From contig CM126220.1 of assembly GCA_052327205.1 (NCBI GenBank), forward strand, positions 21,638,001 to 21,702,000: DNA of 64,000 bases, given 5' to 3'. The notes below the pieces were generated by a model. It was given only the letters and a program-made list of their open reading frames with translations, had not been told where the DNA came from and ran no database searches. Positions within the stretch are counted from its first letter, which is position 1. Every line of letters begins with the position of its first letter. The translations under genes were made by a program, and so were the position numbers. Source of the DNA: Somniosus microcephalus. Its lineage: Eukaryota. Below are positions 39,631-52,919 of the stretch, one piece after another.

Positions 39631-41803
39631 GATCAGTTGTGCAGGTGCTAAGTGGTCTAGAGTTCATATCTTCCACCTTCCAGAATGATGGGAAATGTAG
39701 TGGGTGTCTTGCGTGCTCTTCAGTAAACAGTTTATTCTTTTGCATGAGAGAGCCTGGGAAAATCCCAATCCATGACAACCTGGCCATGGTAGGTTGTGAT
39801 CTACGTTCAGAAGATGTTGGATGTGAACTTGAATATAACTTGCCTTTGGGAGCATTTGTTTCTAATGACTGACTGGAAGGATTTGCAAAGCAGAGGTATT
39901 TTTTGTTCATGCTTTCTCAGTCCGAATCAGAAGGTGCAAATAGTGGGCTTCACCACAGCTCTTGAGACACTTCAACGGCCAATGGGGAATTGGCTCAATT
40001 TGTTAAGTAATAACCAAACCTCCTGGGACGAGAGGACTGGGATATGGACAGGATTAATAGCCATTCTCATTAACTTGAATGAAAAATAAGGTTCATCTTC
40101 AAATCGGGGTCTAGGTTTCAACGTGCAGGCTTATCTCTGTGATTTCAGTGAAATGTATTGGGTGTCTGAAATTTAATGGCCACCTCAATGGTGAAAAAAC
40201 ACCCAGCAGTATACAGTAATTATAGGTGTTGTCCTTCCAAGTTTGAGCTGTCTGATCCTCCAGGATGAAGTAGTGGTGGTTACCGGGCTCTTGCTGGTAT
40301 TGGCTGCAATTTAAGGTGACAAAGGATCACGCATTGAGCGTGTCTGTGCTGTGCAGCAGCAAATCGGATGACCTTTTAGTGAACACAGCAGTATTTTTTT
40401 GTCTCTTGGCTGTTGATGTGACACATTTTGTCTTCCTGTAGATTAGGATTAGTTACTTGTAAACCTGCTCATTTCTAACCATAGTTATAGCTTGCATCAG
40501 ATGGTTCCTTCAGCCACTTTGCAGTTTCTTTAGTGCATTTTGGAGTTTTGTTAAGGGGCTGTTTTTCCCACGGAGACTAATAACCTCCCTATATAGTTTC
40601 AAAATTGAGCAGCCGTCCGGTGCTGTCGTTGGCCACGCTGGTGTTTTTAAACTTCACTTTCTGGAAGGGTGGGGAAGCTTCTGAAGTCATAACAATACAA
40701 TATGCAGCCTTCTGCTGAAGGGAGATTATTCTTGGCAGGCTGCTAACTCATCCACCACTCTGAAACAAATAGAAATAACTGACATTATCTTGCATTGCGG
40801 ACACGTCAGGAAATTAGACATTCTAGGAATTCTCATTCCTCTCCCTCTCCCTGCTTTGAAGGTTTGCCCATTGTGGAGTAGATATCCAGTTGGAAGGACA
40901 ACTGTCGACTTTTTTTCTCCAGTGCACTGTATTGCATACGATTTTAAAATATCTTCAATGCAAGATTTCTGAAGATTGCACACTCGCATTTGACTAACCA
41001 GAAATTCACTTGCACCTTCCTGGTGTTTCATGGCAAGAGTACTGTTGGTCAAGTCGTTACCAATTTTATGGGATTGACGATGAAAAAAAGGTGTAGAATA
41101 ACCAATCAAATTTCCCATTTGGGTTTATGATTGATTCTGGTACTGGAGGGCCACTGGCACTCGAACTGAGTAATGTTTCCTCTAAAAAATTTGTGCGTGG
41201 TCCCTTTAAATTTGCTGCGCAGGATATCCCGATCGATGTGCACCTTAGGGAGAACGTTGGTCATGAGGTACTTCAAAAGAGGAAAAAGGCAAAAATTGTT
41301 TGGGGGTTGGAAGGAGTGCTTGAGGGTGTATAGCCAAAAGAGCCCTGCGCCACTTATTACAATGTCCTGTGTGGGACATGATGGTACGTGGATGCGATGT
41401 ACAGTACGTGCATTTCATGAAGGCAGTGTCTCTTTAAAGGAAACTTGAGTGAAACAAAGGTCAGTAAATCGTGTTGACATGCAGCAGTATCCAAAGTCTT
41501 GAAATCAGCTGCAATGCATTCAAAGGTTAAACTATTAGCGAATAAGTTTATAGCCACTGCTGCTGTCAGAGTTATACAGCACAGAAAGAGGCCCTTCGGT
41601 CCATCGTGTCTGCGCCGACCATCAATCCCTGTCCAGTCTAATCCCATTTTCCAGCATTTGGTCCATAGCCTTGTATGCAATGGCATTTCAAGTGCTCATC
41701 CAAATGCTTCTTGAATGTTGTGGAGATGCCGGAGTTGGACTGGGGTGGACAAATGTAAGAAATCACACAACACCAGGTTATAGTCCAACAGCTTTATTTG
41801 AAA

Positions 41804-41840
41804 TCACAAGCTTTCGGAGCGCTGCTCCTTCTTCAGGTGA
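41804..41840 (-). ncRNA. Minimal hammerhead ribozyme (inverted copy)
   Basis: Reverse complement of 43568-43604. Confidence 0.8.
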
Positions 41841-43567
41841 AGTGGAGAAATGCATAAAGACACAGCTTATATAGTCAGAGAATCATGTCAGATGTTTACA
41901 GGTAACCTTTCCAACTGCCATTTGTCACACCTCGGCAGAGAGATAATCACAGCAGTCAAAGGTGTGAATGGTGTCCAAACAGGTCAGTCAGGGAAACATT
42001 ACATCAAAGAACAATGAGGTGGGGTCACAAGGGGTCAAATATTGCAGATGCTGGGGTCTGTATGAAAAACAAAAAAACAGACAAAAAACATTTTTTTTGG
42101 CTGGAAATCACAGCAGGTCCGGCCGCATCTGTGTAGAGAGAACAAGCCAATGTCGACTCGAGTCTGGATGACCCTACATCAGGTGGGGTTACATGTAGCG
42201 TGACATGAACCCAAGATCTCGGTTAAGGCCGTCCTCATGGGTGCGGAACTTGGCTATCAGTTTCTGCTCGACGATTTTGCGTTGTCGTGTGTCTCGAAGG
42301 CCACCTTGGAGAATGCTTACCCGAAGATCGGAGGCTGAATGTCCTTGACTGCTGAAGTGTTCCCCGACTGGGAGGGAACACTCCTGCCTGGTGATTGTTG
42401 CGCGGTGTCCGTTCATCCGTTGTCGCAGTGTCTGCATGGTCTCGCCGATGTACCATGCTCCGGGGCATCCTTTCCTGCAACGTATGAGGTAGACAACGTT
42501 GGCTGAGTCACATGAGTATGTACCATGTACCTGGTGGGTGGTGTCCTCACGTGTGATGATGGTATCTGTGTTGATGATCTGGCATGTCTTGCAGAGGTTG
42601 CTGTGGCAGGGTTGTGTGGTGTCGTGGTCGCTGTTCTCCTGGAAGCTGGGTAATTTGCTGCGAACGATGGTCTGTTTGAGGTTAGGCGGCTGTTTGAAAG
42701 CGAGTAGTGGAGGCGTGGGGATGGCCTTAGCGAGGTGTTCGTCGTCATCGATGACATGTTGAAGTCTGCGAAGAACATGGCGTAGTTTCTCCGCTCCGGG
42801 GAAGTACTGGACGACGAAGGGTACTCTGTTGGTTGTGTCCCGTGTTTGTCTTCTGAGGAGGTCTATGCGATTTTTCGCTGTGGCCCGTCGGAACTGTCGA
42901 TCGACGAGTCGAGCATCATATCCCGTTCTTACAAGGGCGTCTTTCAGTGTCTGTAGGTGTCCATCGCGTTCCTCCTCGACACTGCGACAACGGATGAACG
43001 GACACCGCGCAACAATCACCAGGCAGGAGTGTTCCCTCCCAGTCGGGGAACACTTCAGCAGTCAAGGACATTCAGCCTCCGATCTTCGGGTAAGCATTCT
43101 CCAAGGTGGCCTTCGAGACACACGACAACGCAAAATCGTCGAGCAGAAACTGATAGCCAAGTTCCGCACCCATGAGGACGGCCTTAACCGAGATCTTGGG
43201 TTCATGTCACGCTACATGTAACCCCACCTGATGCAGGGTCATCCAGACTCGAGTCGACATTGGCTTGTTCTCTCTACACAGATGCGGCCGGACCTGCTGT
43301 GATTTCCAGCCAAAAAAAATGTTTTTTGTCTTTTTTTGTTTTTCATACAGACCCCAGCATCTGCAATATTTGACCCCTTGTGACCCCACCTCATTGTTCT
43401 TTGATGTAATGTTTCCCTGACTGACCTGTTTGGACACCATTCACACCTTTGACTGCTGTGATTATCTCTCTGCCGAGGTGTGACAAATGGCAGTTGGAAA
43501 GGTTACCTGTAAACATCTGACATGATTCTCTGACTATATAAGCTGTGTCTTTATGCATTTCTCCACT

Positions 43568-43604
43568 TCACCTGAAGAAGGAGCAGCGCTCCGAAAGCTT
43601 GTGA
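43568..43604 (+). ncRNA. Minimal type-I hammerhead ribozyme in Penelope pLTR
   Basis: TCAC-CTGAAGA-A-GGAGC(AGC)GCTCC-GAAA-GCTT-GTGA: stem I TCAC/GTGA, CUGANGA and GAAA core, stem II GGAGC/GCTCC, palindromic AAGCTT in place of stem III. Confidence 0.8.
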
Positions 43605-46600
43605 TTTCAAATAAAGCTGTTGGACTATAACCTGGTGTTGTGTGATTTCTTACATTCTTGAATGTTGTGAGGGTTCCTGCCTCTACCACCCTTTCAGGCA
43701 GTGAGTCCCAGATTCCAACCCACCCTCTGGGTGAAAAAGTTCCTCCTCAAATCCCCTCTAAACCTCCTGCCCCTTACCTTGAATCTATGCCCCCTTGTTA
43801 TTGACCCCCCTACTAAGGGGAAAAGTTCCTCTTTATCTACCCTATCTATGCCCCTCATCATTTTGTACACCTCAATCAGGTCCCCCCTCAGCCTTCTTTG
43901 CTCCAAGGAAAACAACCCCAGCCTGTTTAGTCTTTCTTCATAGCTGAGGCGCTCCATCCCAGGTAACATCCTGGTGAATCTTCTCTGCACCCTCTCCAAA
44001 GCAATCACATCCTTCCTATAGTGAGGCGACCAGAACTGCACACACTACTCCAGCTGTGGCCTCACCAGCATTTTGTACAGCTCCATCATAACCTCCCTGC
44101 TCTTATATTCTATGCCTCGGCTAATGAAGGCAAGTATCCCATATGCCTTTTTAACCACCTTATCTACCTGTTCTGCTGCCTTCAGGGATCTATGTACATG
44201 TACACCAAGGTCCCTCTGACCCTCTGTACTTCCTAGGGTCCTACCACTCATTGTGTATTCCCTTGCCTTATTTGTCCATCCAAAATGCATCACCTCGCAC
44301 TTTTCAGGGTTAAATTCCATTTGCCACTTTTCCGCCCATCTGACCAACCCGTTTATATCGTCCTGTAGCCTGAGGCTTTCCTCCTTGCAATTTACCACCC
44401 CACCAATTTTCGTGTCATCTGCGAACTTACTGATCATACCTTTTACATTCTCATCCAAATCATTTATGTAGATCACAAACAGCAAGGGTCCCAGCACCGA
44501 TCCCTGAGGTACCCCACTGGACACAGGCTTCCAGTCGCAAAAGCAACCTTCGACCATCACCCTCTGCCTCCTGCCACTCAGCCAGTTTAGGATCCAATGC
44601 GCCAAGGCACCCTGGATCCCATGGGTCCTTGACCAGTCTCCTATGTGGGACTTTGTCAAAAGCTTTACTGAAATCCATGTAAACCACATCCACAGCATTT
44701 CCCTCATCCACACACCTAGTCACCCCCTCGCAAAATTCAATCAGATTGGTCAGACATGATTTACCCTTGACAAAGCCATGCTGACTATCCCCGATTAATC
44801 CTTGCCTCTCCAAGTGGAGACTAATTTTGTCCCTCGGAATTTTTTCCAATAATTTCTCTACCACAGATGTTAGGCTCACTGGCCTGTAATTCCCTGGTTT
44901 ATCCCTGCTACCCTTCTTGAATAATGGTACTACGTTAGCTGTTCTCCAGTCCTCTGGTACATCCCCTGTGGCCAGAGAGGTTCTGAAAATTTGTGTCAGA
45001 GCCCCTGCAATCTCCTCCTTTGCCTCATACAACAGCCTGGGATACATCTCGTCCGAGCCTGGGGATTTATCCACTTTTTGGCCTGCTAAAACCACTAGTA
45101 CCTCCTCCCTCTCGATGCTAATATGTTCAAGTATGTCACAGTCCCCTTGCCCGATTTCTATGTCTACATCGTCTTTCTCCATAGTAAACACAGATGCAAA
45201 AAATTCATTCAAAACCCCGCCTACATCATCTGGCTCTACACACAGATTGTCACTTTGGTCCCTAATGGGCCCTACCCTTTCCCTCGTTATCCTCTTGCCC
45301 TTAATATACTTATAAAACATCTTAGGATTTTCCTTTATTTTGCTCACCAGTGTTATTTCATGGCCCCTCCTCGCCCTCCTAATTTCTTTTTTAAGTATGC
45401 CCCTGCACTTTTTATACTCCTCTAGGGTTTCCTCCGTCTTTAGTCTTTTGTAACTGCCAAAAGCCCCCCTTTTTTTCCTAATGCATTTTTGTATATCCCT
45501 TGTCATCCAAGGTTCCCTTTGCTTGTTGGTCCCACCCTTGACCTTTACAGGAACATGTTGGCGTTGTACTCTCTCTCTATTTCCCTTCTGAAAGTCTCCC
45601 ACTGCTTTGATGTGGATTTTCCTATAAGTAGCTGCTCCCAGTCCACTTTGGCCAGATCCTGCCTTATCATATTAAAATCGGCCTTCCCCCAATTTAGAAC
45701 CCTTATTTCCGGGCCGCCTTTGTCTTTTTCCATGACCACCTTAAATCTCACCGAATTATGGTCACTGTCGCCAAAATGCTCTCCTACTGACACTTCCAGC
45801 ACTTGCCCGGCTACATTCCCTAGAATTAGGTCCAGTACCGCCCCCTCTCTTGTAGGACTTTCTACATGTTGGCTCAAAAAGCTCTCCTGGATGCACTTTA
45901 AGAATTCTGCACCCTCTAAGCCTTTCACACTCTGACTATCCCAATTAATATTGGGGAAGTTGAAATCCCCCACTATTATTACCCTATTATTTTCGCACTT
46001 CTCTGAGATTTGCCTACATATCTGTTCCTCTATCTTCCCCCTGACTGTTTGGGGGCCTATAGTACACTCCCAGCAAAGTGCTTGACCCCTTTTTGTTTTT
46101 AAGTTCTACCCATATGGCCTCATTAGAGGAACCCGCTAATATATCATCCCTCCTTACAGCAGCAATTGATTCCTTAATTAATATTGCAACACCCCCTCCC
46201 CTTTTACACCCCCCTCTGCCTCACCTGAAGATTCTATACCCCGGAATATTGAGCTGCCAGTCCTGACCCTCAACCATGTCTCCGTGATAGCAACAATATC
46301 GTACTCCCATGTGTTCAACAACAACTTCAGTTCATCCACCTTATTTGCAAGACTCCTTGCATTAAAATAAATGCCTTCCAGCCTTGCCATATTCCCTTTT
46401 GCCTTCACATATTTGCTCTGCCTTCCCAGCTGACTTGTTTTTTCCTCCGTATTTGGCTGTAAATCACCCCCTACTATAGTTCCACTCTGTATCCCATTCC
46501 CCTGCCAAGTTAGTTTAAACCCCCCCCCCCCCCCCCCCCCCCCCCCCAGCAGTGCTAGCAAACCTCCCCGCAAGGATATTGGTCCCCCTCTGGTTCAGGT

Positions 46601-48294
46601 GTAAACCGTCCGACTTGTACAAGTCCCACCTTTCAGTTGGCAAGCTGCAGTTTGCGTTCATGGCAGCTATGAAGGCAAATAAACAAGTCAATTTTTGCCT
46701 TTTTTTAAAAATCTGAAGACTGAAGGCTAGAGATGTTGGAGAAACGTCAGTAGTAATAGAATTTGGGGGGATTTTTTTTTAATCTGATCAGCGTGGGTTA
46801 ATGCTGCCATTTATTTTTAAATGGGATGTGAAATGCCCCTTGACTCAGTCCTTTTAAAGGAGCACAATGTAAGTGCTTGGCAAGCTTTGTGTCTACGAGT
46901 ACATGATGTCTGTTATACAGATAAACTATTGTCATTTGCAAGATAGTGTCACATGACTCCTGGCTCTTTAGTTCTTTTCCCTATTTTTGCCCAGACGCAT
47001 TTTTTTTCCCCAATGTTTGCTCATTTTCTTCCTTGCTCTCCTGAAGGTGAAACTTGCACGACAATATGGTTGAGTTTGATCAATCCTTCTGCACCCATCC
47101 AGACTCTCTGCAACAGCATAAATGGGCTTTTTGACGGTGACCGCGAGCTTCTAGTCTGTGTGGCTCGGCACCAAGTGATGCATTTATCCACTGTACATCT
47201 AAGATGGGAAAGATATAAGCCTCGTCTCAGGCAGCTGCTTACTGTGCGCACAGCCCTGGATTTCGCTGGAATGCAGACATTAGACCTAAAATCATCAGTT
47301 CTTTTACTTCTGAACTTTCCCCTTGGTTTTTTGCATTTAAATGGTGGCAGATGTCGTCTTTTCTGCAATACTGCAATTTCAGACCTTTAATATAGCAGCA
47401 TAGACATCTTGTGGCCTTTCTAATCAGGACTGTTTAACTGGCAATTTGTGCCAAATGATCTTTCTATACTGCTCTTGTACACTTGGGTACTCAATCTGAG
47501 ACTGCTCAAGCTCCTTATTGCTCTTCAGAGGAAACGCTCTAGTACTGTGACAAAACTGGAAAATTGTTTTGTTCCCTGTTTTGTACACTTGCAGGTCGTG
47601 TATGATGCAGATTAGAAGAAAAATATCTTAACCTCGGACTCAGTAGAACTCCTCAATTTGTGATGTATTTTTATCTTCTACACTAGTTGACCATGTGGCC
47701 TCTGGGATTGTTGAATAAGTAGAGAATTAGTCAGTTTTGAGTTGTGTACTTAGTGCTATGGCCTCCAATCCACTTCAGTTTGTCAGCAGAGTACTTAATC
47801 AGTCTGGGCTGGATTGGAACCTGGGTCCTGGAGGGGAAAGGGGAGTACTGCATTGCATCATCCTTGCGTTCGCTCTTCTCTTGATGGCGTTTACAATAAT
47901 TGTACTGGACAGCAGGAATACAGACTTCCAGGTTACTTTTAATTTGGTTTGGATTACTGTCCTTATAAGTTTGAATATTTTATATATGTAGCAAGTAAGT
48001 ACAGAGCTTTCCATCCAAGTTGGCTGTGTAAAGCAGCAGCATAGTGCTTTTCCAGACCCGTTGTACTGCCTGGCGATTGTGCATCAATTTAGTCACTTCC
48101 AACGCTGCCCTGTTGTGGGATCCTGACGAGACTTTCTCTGCGGGTAGGCTGGGGTCCTTTTAGTTCTCGGAGAAATTATTGTTTCCGTATTTAACAAGGA
48201 AGAGTAATTTGGGGGATTTCTGGATGTAAAATGGTTTGAAGTATTAACTGGCCCAATATAATAGGAATTGTTGCTCACTTGGTTTCTGTAGTGT

Positions 48295-49640
48295 ACAAAT
48301 GTAAGAAGTCACACAACACCAGGTTATAGTCCAACAGTTTTATTTGAAATCACAAGCTTTCGGAGCGCTGCTCCTTCGTCAGGTGAAGTGGAGAGATGCA
48401 TAAAGACACAGCTTATATAGTCAGAGAATAATGCAAGATGATTACAGGTAATCTTTCTAACTGCCATTTATCACACCTCGGCAGAGAGATAATCACAGCA
48501 ATCAAAGGTGTGAATGGTGTCCAAACAGGTTAGTCAGGAAAACATTACATCAAGGAACAATGAGGTGGGGTCACAAGGGATCAAATGTTACAGATGCTGG
48601 GGTCTGTATGAAAAACAAAAAACATTTTTTTTGCTGGAAATCACAGGTCCGGCCGCATCTGTGTAGAGAGAACCAGCCAACGACGACTCGAGTCTGGATG
48701 ACCTTACGTCAGGTGGGGTTACATGTAGCGTGACATGAACCCAAGATCCCGGTTGAGGCCGTCCTCATGAGTGCGGAACTTGGCTATCAGTTTCTGCTCT
48801 ACGATTTTGCGTTGTCGTGTGTCTCGAAGGCCGCCTTGGAGAATGCTTACCCGAAGATTGGAGGCTGAATGTCCTTGACTGCTGAAGTGTTCCCCGACTG
48901 GGAGGGAACACTCCTGCCTGGCGATTGTTGCGCGGTGTCCGTTCATCCGTTGTCGCAGTGTCTGCATGGTCTCGCCGATGTACCATGCTCCGGGGCATCC
49001 TTTCCTGCAACGTATGAGGTAGACAACATTGGCCGAGTCACATGAGTATGTACCATGTACCTGGTGGGTGGTGTCCTCACGTGTGATGATGGTATCTGTG
49101 TTGATGATCTGGCATGTCTTGGCGGTTGCCGTGGCAGGGTTGTGTGGTGTCGTGGTCGCTGTTCTCCTGAAAGCTGGGTAATTTGCTGCGAACGATGGTC
49201 TGTTTGAGGTTAGGCGGCTGTTTGAAGGCGAGTAGTGGAGGCGTGGGGATGACCTTAACGAGGTGTTCGTCGTCGTCATCGATGACATGTTGAAGGCTGC
49301 GAAGAACATGGCGTAGTTTCTCCGCTCCGAGGAAGTAATGGACGACGAAGGGTACTCTGTTGGTTGTGTCCCGTATTTGTCTTCTGAGGAGGTCTATGCG
49401 ATTTTTCGCTGTGGCCCGTCGGAACTGTCGATCGACGAGTCGAGCGTCATATCCCGTTCTTAGGAGGGCGTCTTTCAGCGTCTGTAGGTGTCCATCGCGT
49501 TCCTCCTCGTCTGAGCAGGTCCTGTGTATTCGCAGGGCTTGTCCATAGGGGATGGCTTCTTTAACGTGGTTAGGGTGGAAGCTGGAGAAGTCGAGCATCG
49601 TGAGGTTGTCCGTGGACTTGCGGTAGAGTGAAGTGCTGAG
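48295..49640 (-). mobile_element. Penelope-like element of the same family, 5'-truncated (RT thumb/linker, GIY-YIG, pLTR)
   Basis: ORFs 49077-49598 (SFHPNHVKEAIPYGQALR) and 48719-49309 (VYLIRC...YIGET); 3' UTR closely matches 41752-42188. Confidence 0.92.
48350..48386 (-). ncRNA. Minimal hammerhead ribozyme in second Penelope copy
   Basis: Same fold with core CTGACGA; differs only at the variable N7 position. Confidence 0.8.
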
Positions 49641-51231
49641 ATTTAAAGGTCTTTATTCAGCACAAAAGTTTAACTCCATTTCTTCTCCTTTCCCTGCCCT
49701 TCCCTACTTCTCTGAGTTCTCTCCTAGCATGTGCCACCTTCAACAGAGGGAGAGGATTCCACACCTGTTAGCAACCCTCTAATACCTTTCCCAGTCTGAG
49801 CACGTGGGTGTCTGCAGGCTAGATAACCAAATGGTGCATCACAGTTGATGCAAAACCTATCTGCACATGTGCCCTTAGCACCATGAGGTCAAATTTGAGA
49901 TGCCTCCTTGTTATCCATGCGTTTATGATCCTGTGGAGTGCAACCAGTGGAGGGAAAATTGTGCATCTGCCATTGTTTGCACTGCCCTGCTATAAAAGCA
50001 CCTAGTGAGGTGCTGGGGACTGTATCATACGCAATCTTGGTGTCCTGGGCTCACTTAGTGCATTGATGCCCATTGCTCCATAGCATAAATTACCTTTGGG
50101 CCAATATGCTTCAAGGCTGTGCAATATATCGCACGTGTGATCTTAAATTTATCACCTCAATTTGCTCTAAGCCATCCCATTACCATCAGTACGTCACACT
50201 AGTGTTACACGGTTCCGAATGTGTCTCAAAACATTTAACCCCAAGTTTGGGGCGGCAAAAGTCTATAATTGTGATTTGTAGATCGCAATTTTTCCACAGT
50301 TCAAATGGACGCTGCAGAAATGTTGCACACTCGCTGAAATCTTAATGGTGACATTACCATAAATGGACTGCACTCCAGCGTATATTGTGTAACCGCTTCA
50401 GTATCCGATAGCTGGGTAGCAGCTGATTAGATAAATGGTTAATTTGATTTTATGACTACAGTAATTTTATTTTTATGCCGTTATTCACGAGAAGCATCAT
50501 TAAACACCTCCCTTTTTACCCTGCCAGCTGGCCGATAGTAATGGCAGATATTAGATATGTGAAGAACTGTACTCTGGCTGCCATTTATCACAAGCGTGTA
50601 GAGACTGACTGAAGCAGCGTTTTGTTTTGCTGTTTAAATAAAAAGCCTTGCTCCCTGTGCATAGCAAATTTCTGATTTAACATTTTGAGATATTTCCACT
50701 GAAACGCTGACTGTTACAGCACCTCCTGCTTGACGGCAGTTTTCACACCTTGGGCAATCAAGTAACTTCCATTCAGGTGACGGGGGCCTCGGTACCTCAC
50801 CAAAATTGGTAATTTGTGCATTGGCGCTATGGTTATGAGACGCAGTACTGTTGTACAGTGAAGGAGTAACCCGGAGTCAGGTTTGGGAGGAGTCTGCAAG
50901 GTTGATTGGCTATCCAAGTGGCATAATATTTTCTGGGTGACAAATGTAGTAATGCACTCGAATAGACTTTGTAATTTCACCTTTTCTTCCACTGTCAACC
51001 CCCATTTCAAAATTGTCAACAATTTACTCAATAGTATGGAATCTGTCATGGCAATTAAAGCAGTTGAAAGTAAAGCAGCCTTTCGTGGGCTATAGATTGT
51101 TAGAAAGAAAAGACATATTCATGTAGAGCCTTTCATGATCTTAACATCAGAACATAAGAATGTAAGAATTAGGAGCAGGAGTAGGCCATACAGCCCCTCG
51201 AGCCTGCTCTGCCTTCAATAAGATCTTATTT

Positions 51232-52790
51232 TTAATTCGTTTATGGGATGTGGGCATCGCCGGCAAGGCTGGCATTTATTGCCCATCCCTAATTGCCCTC
51301 GAGAAAGTGGTGGTGAGCTGCCGCCTTGAACCGCTGCAGTCCGTGTGGTGAAGATACTCCCACAGTGCTGTTAGGGAGGGAGTTCCAGGATTTTGACCCA
51401 ACGATGATGGAGGATCGGCGATATACTTCTAAGTCAGGTGTGTGACTTGGAGGTGGTGATGTTCCCATGCGCCTGCTGCCCTTGTCCTTCCAAGTGGTAG
51501 AGGTCGCAGGTTTGGGAGGTGCTGCCAAAGGATCCTTGGCGAGTTGCTGCAGTGCATCTTGTAGATGGTACACACTGCAGCCACGGTACGCCGGTGGTGG
51601 AGGGAGTGAATATTTAAGGTGGTAGAGGGGATGCCAATCAAGCGGGCTGCTTTGTCCTGGATGGTGTCGAGCTTCGAGTGTTGTTGGAGCTGTACTCATG
51701 CAGGCAAGTGGAGAGTATTCCATCACACTCCTTACATGTGCCTTGTAGATGGTGGAAGGGCTTTGGGGAGTCAGGAGGTGAGACATTTGCCGCAGTATAC
51801 CCAGCCTCTGACCTGCTCTTGTTGCCACAGTATTTATGTGGCTGGTCCAGTTAAGTTTCTGGTCAATGGTGACCCCCCAGGATGTTGATGGTGGGGGATT
51901 CGGCGATGGTAATGCCATTAAATGTCATGGGGTGGTGGTTAGACACTCACTCTCTCTTGTTGGAGATAGTCATTGCCTGGCACTTCTGTGGCGCAAATGT
52001 TACCTGTCGCTTATCAGCCCGAGCCTGAGCGTCGTCTAAGTCTTGTTGCATGCGGGCATGGACTGCTTCATTATCTGAGGTGTTGTGAATGGTGCTGAAC
52101 ACTGCAGTCATCAGCAAACATCCCCATTTCTGACCTTCTGTTGGAGGGAAGGTCATTGATGAAGTAGCTGAAGATGGTTGGGGCTAGGACACTGCCCTGA
52201 GGAACTCCTGCAGTGATGCCCTAGGACTGTGAGCATTGACCTTCAACCACCACAACCATTTCCCATTGTGCTAGGCATGACTCCAGCCAGTGGAGAGTTT
52301 CCCCCATCCCACCGCCCCCCCGCAATTCCCATTGACTTTAGTTTTATCAGGGCTCCTTGATGCCACACTCTGTGACTGCCCTCGACATCAAGGATGCATT
52401 TGACAATCACCTCACCTCTGGAATTCATGTTTGGACCAAGGCTGTAATGAGGTCTGGAGCCGAGTGGTCTTGGCCTTGGCGGAACCCAAACTGGACATCA
52501 GTGAGCAGATTTTTGGTGAGTAAGTGCTGCTTGATGGCACTGTCGCTGACACCTTCCATCACTTTGCTGATGATTGAGAGTAGACTGATGGGGTGGTAAT
52601 TGGCTGGTTTGGATTTGTCCTGCTTTTTGTGGACAGGACATACCTGGACAATTTTCCACATTGTCAGATAGATGTTGTAGCTGTACTGCAACAGCTTGGC
52701 TAGCGGCGCGGCTAGTTCTGGAGCACAAGTCTTCACGATAGCCGGGATGTTGTCCGGGCCCATAGCCTTTGCTGTATCCAGTGCGCTCAG
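51232..52790 (-). mobile_element. CR1/L2-group LINE fragment, same family as 27330-28455
   Basis: KAMGPDNIP, NYHPISLLSIISKVME, QFGFR, IYKAHVRSVMEY. Confidence 0.85.
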
Positions 52791-52919
52791 ACATGGATCA
52801 TCCACTCTGCACTTCTGACTGATCTTCGATCTCAACTCCACTTTCCCGTCCGATCTCCATATCCCTCGATTCCCCTAGAGTCCAAAAATCTATCTATCTC
52901 AGCCTTGAATATACTCAAC

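Larger units (their letters stand above)
41723..43654 (-). mobile_element. Penelope-like element (GIY-YIG endonuclease), 5'-truncated, with an inverted copy of its 3' end
   Basis: Minus ORF with NVVYLIRC...WYIGET GIY-YIG motif ending 42189; arms ~41752-42432 and 42978-43656 are near-perfect reverse complements; 15-bp duplication TTCTTGAATGTTGTG at 41708-41722 and 43655-43669 inside a CR1 LINE. Confidence 0.93.
41568..46632 (-). mobile_element. Long CR1 LINE (ORF1 end, endonuclease, RT, 3' UTR), interrupted by the Penelope element
   Basis: YFNARSL/ITETW, GDFNFP, SDHN, GVPQGSVLGP, SKFADD; tail at 41568-41722. Confidence 0.92.

Noticed and set aside
42189-43221. Two overlapping divergent GIY-YIG genes
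   Set aside because: The apparent N-termini are read-through across the inversion junction of one truncated Penelope element.
46953-47390. 145-aa and 115-aa ORFs in unique sequence (also 14685-15143, 40726-41118)
   Set aside because: No recognisable domain or convincing splice context; probably chance ORFs.
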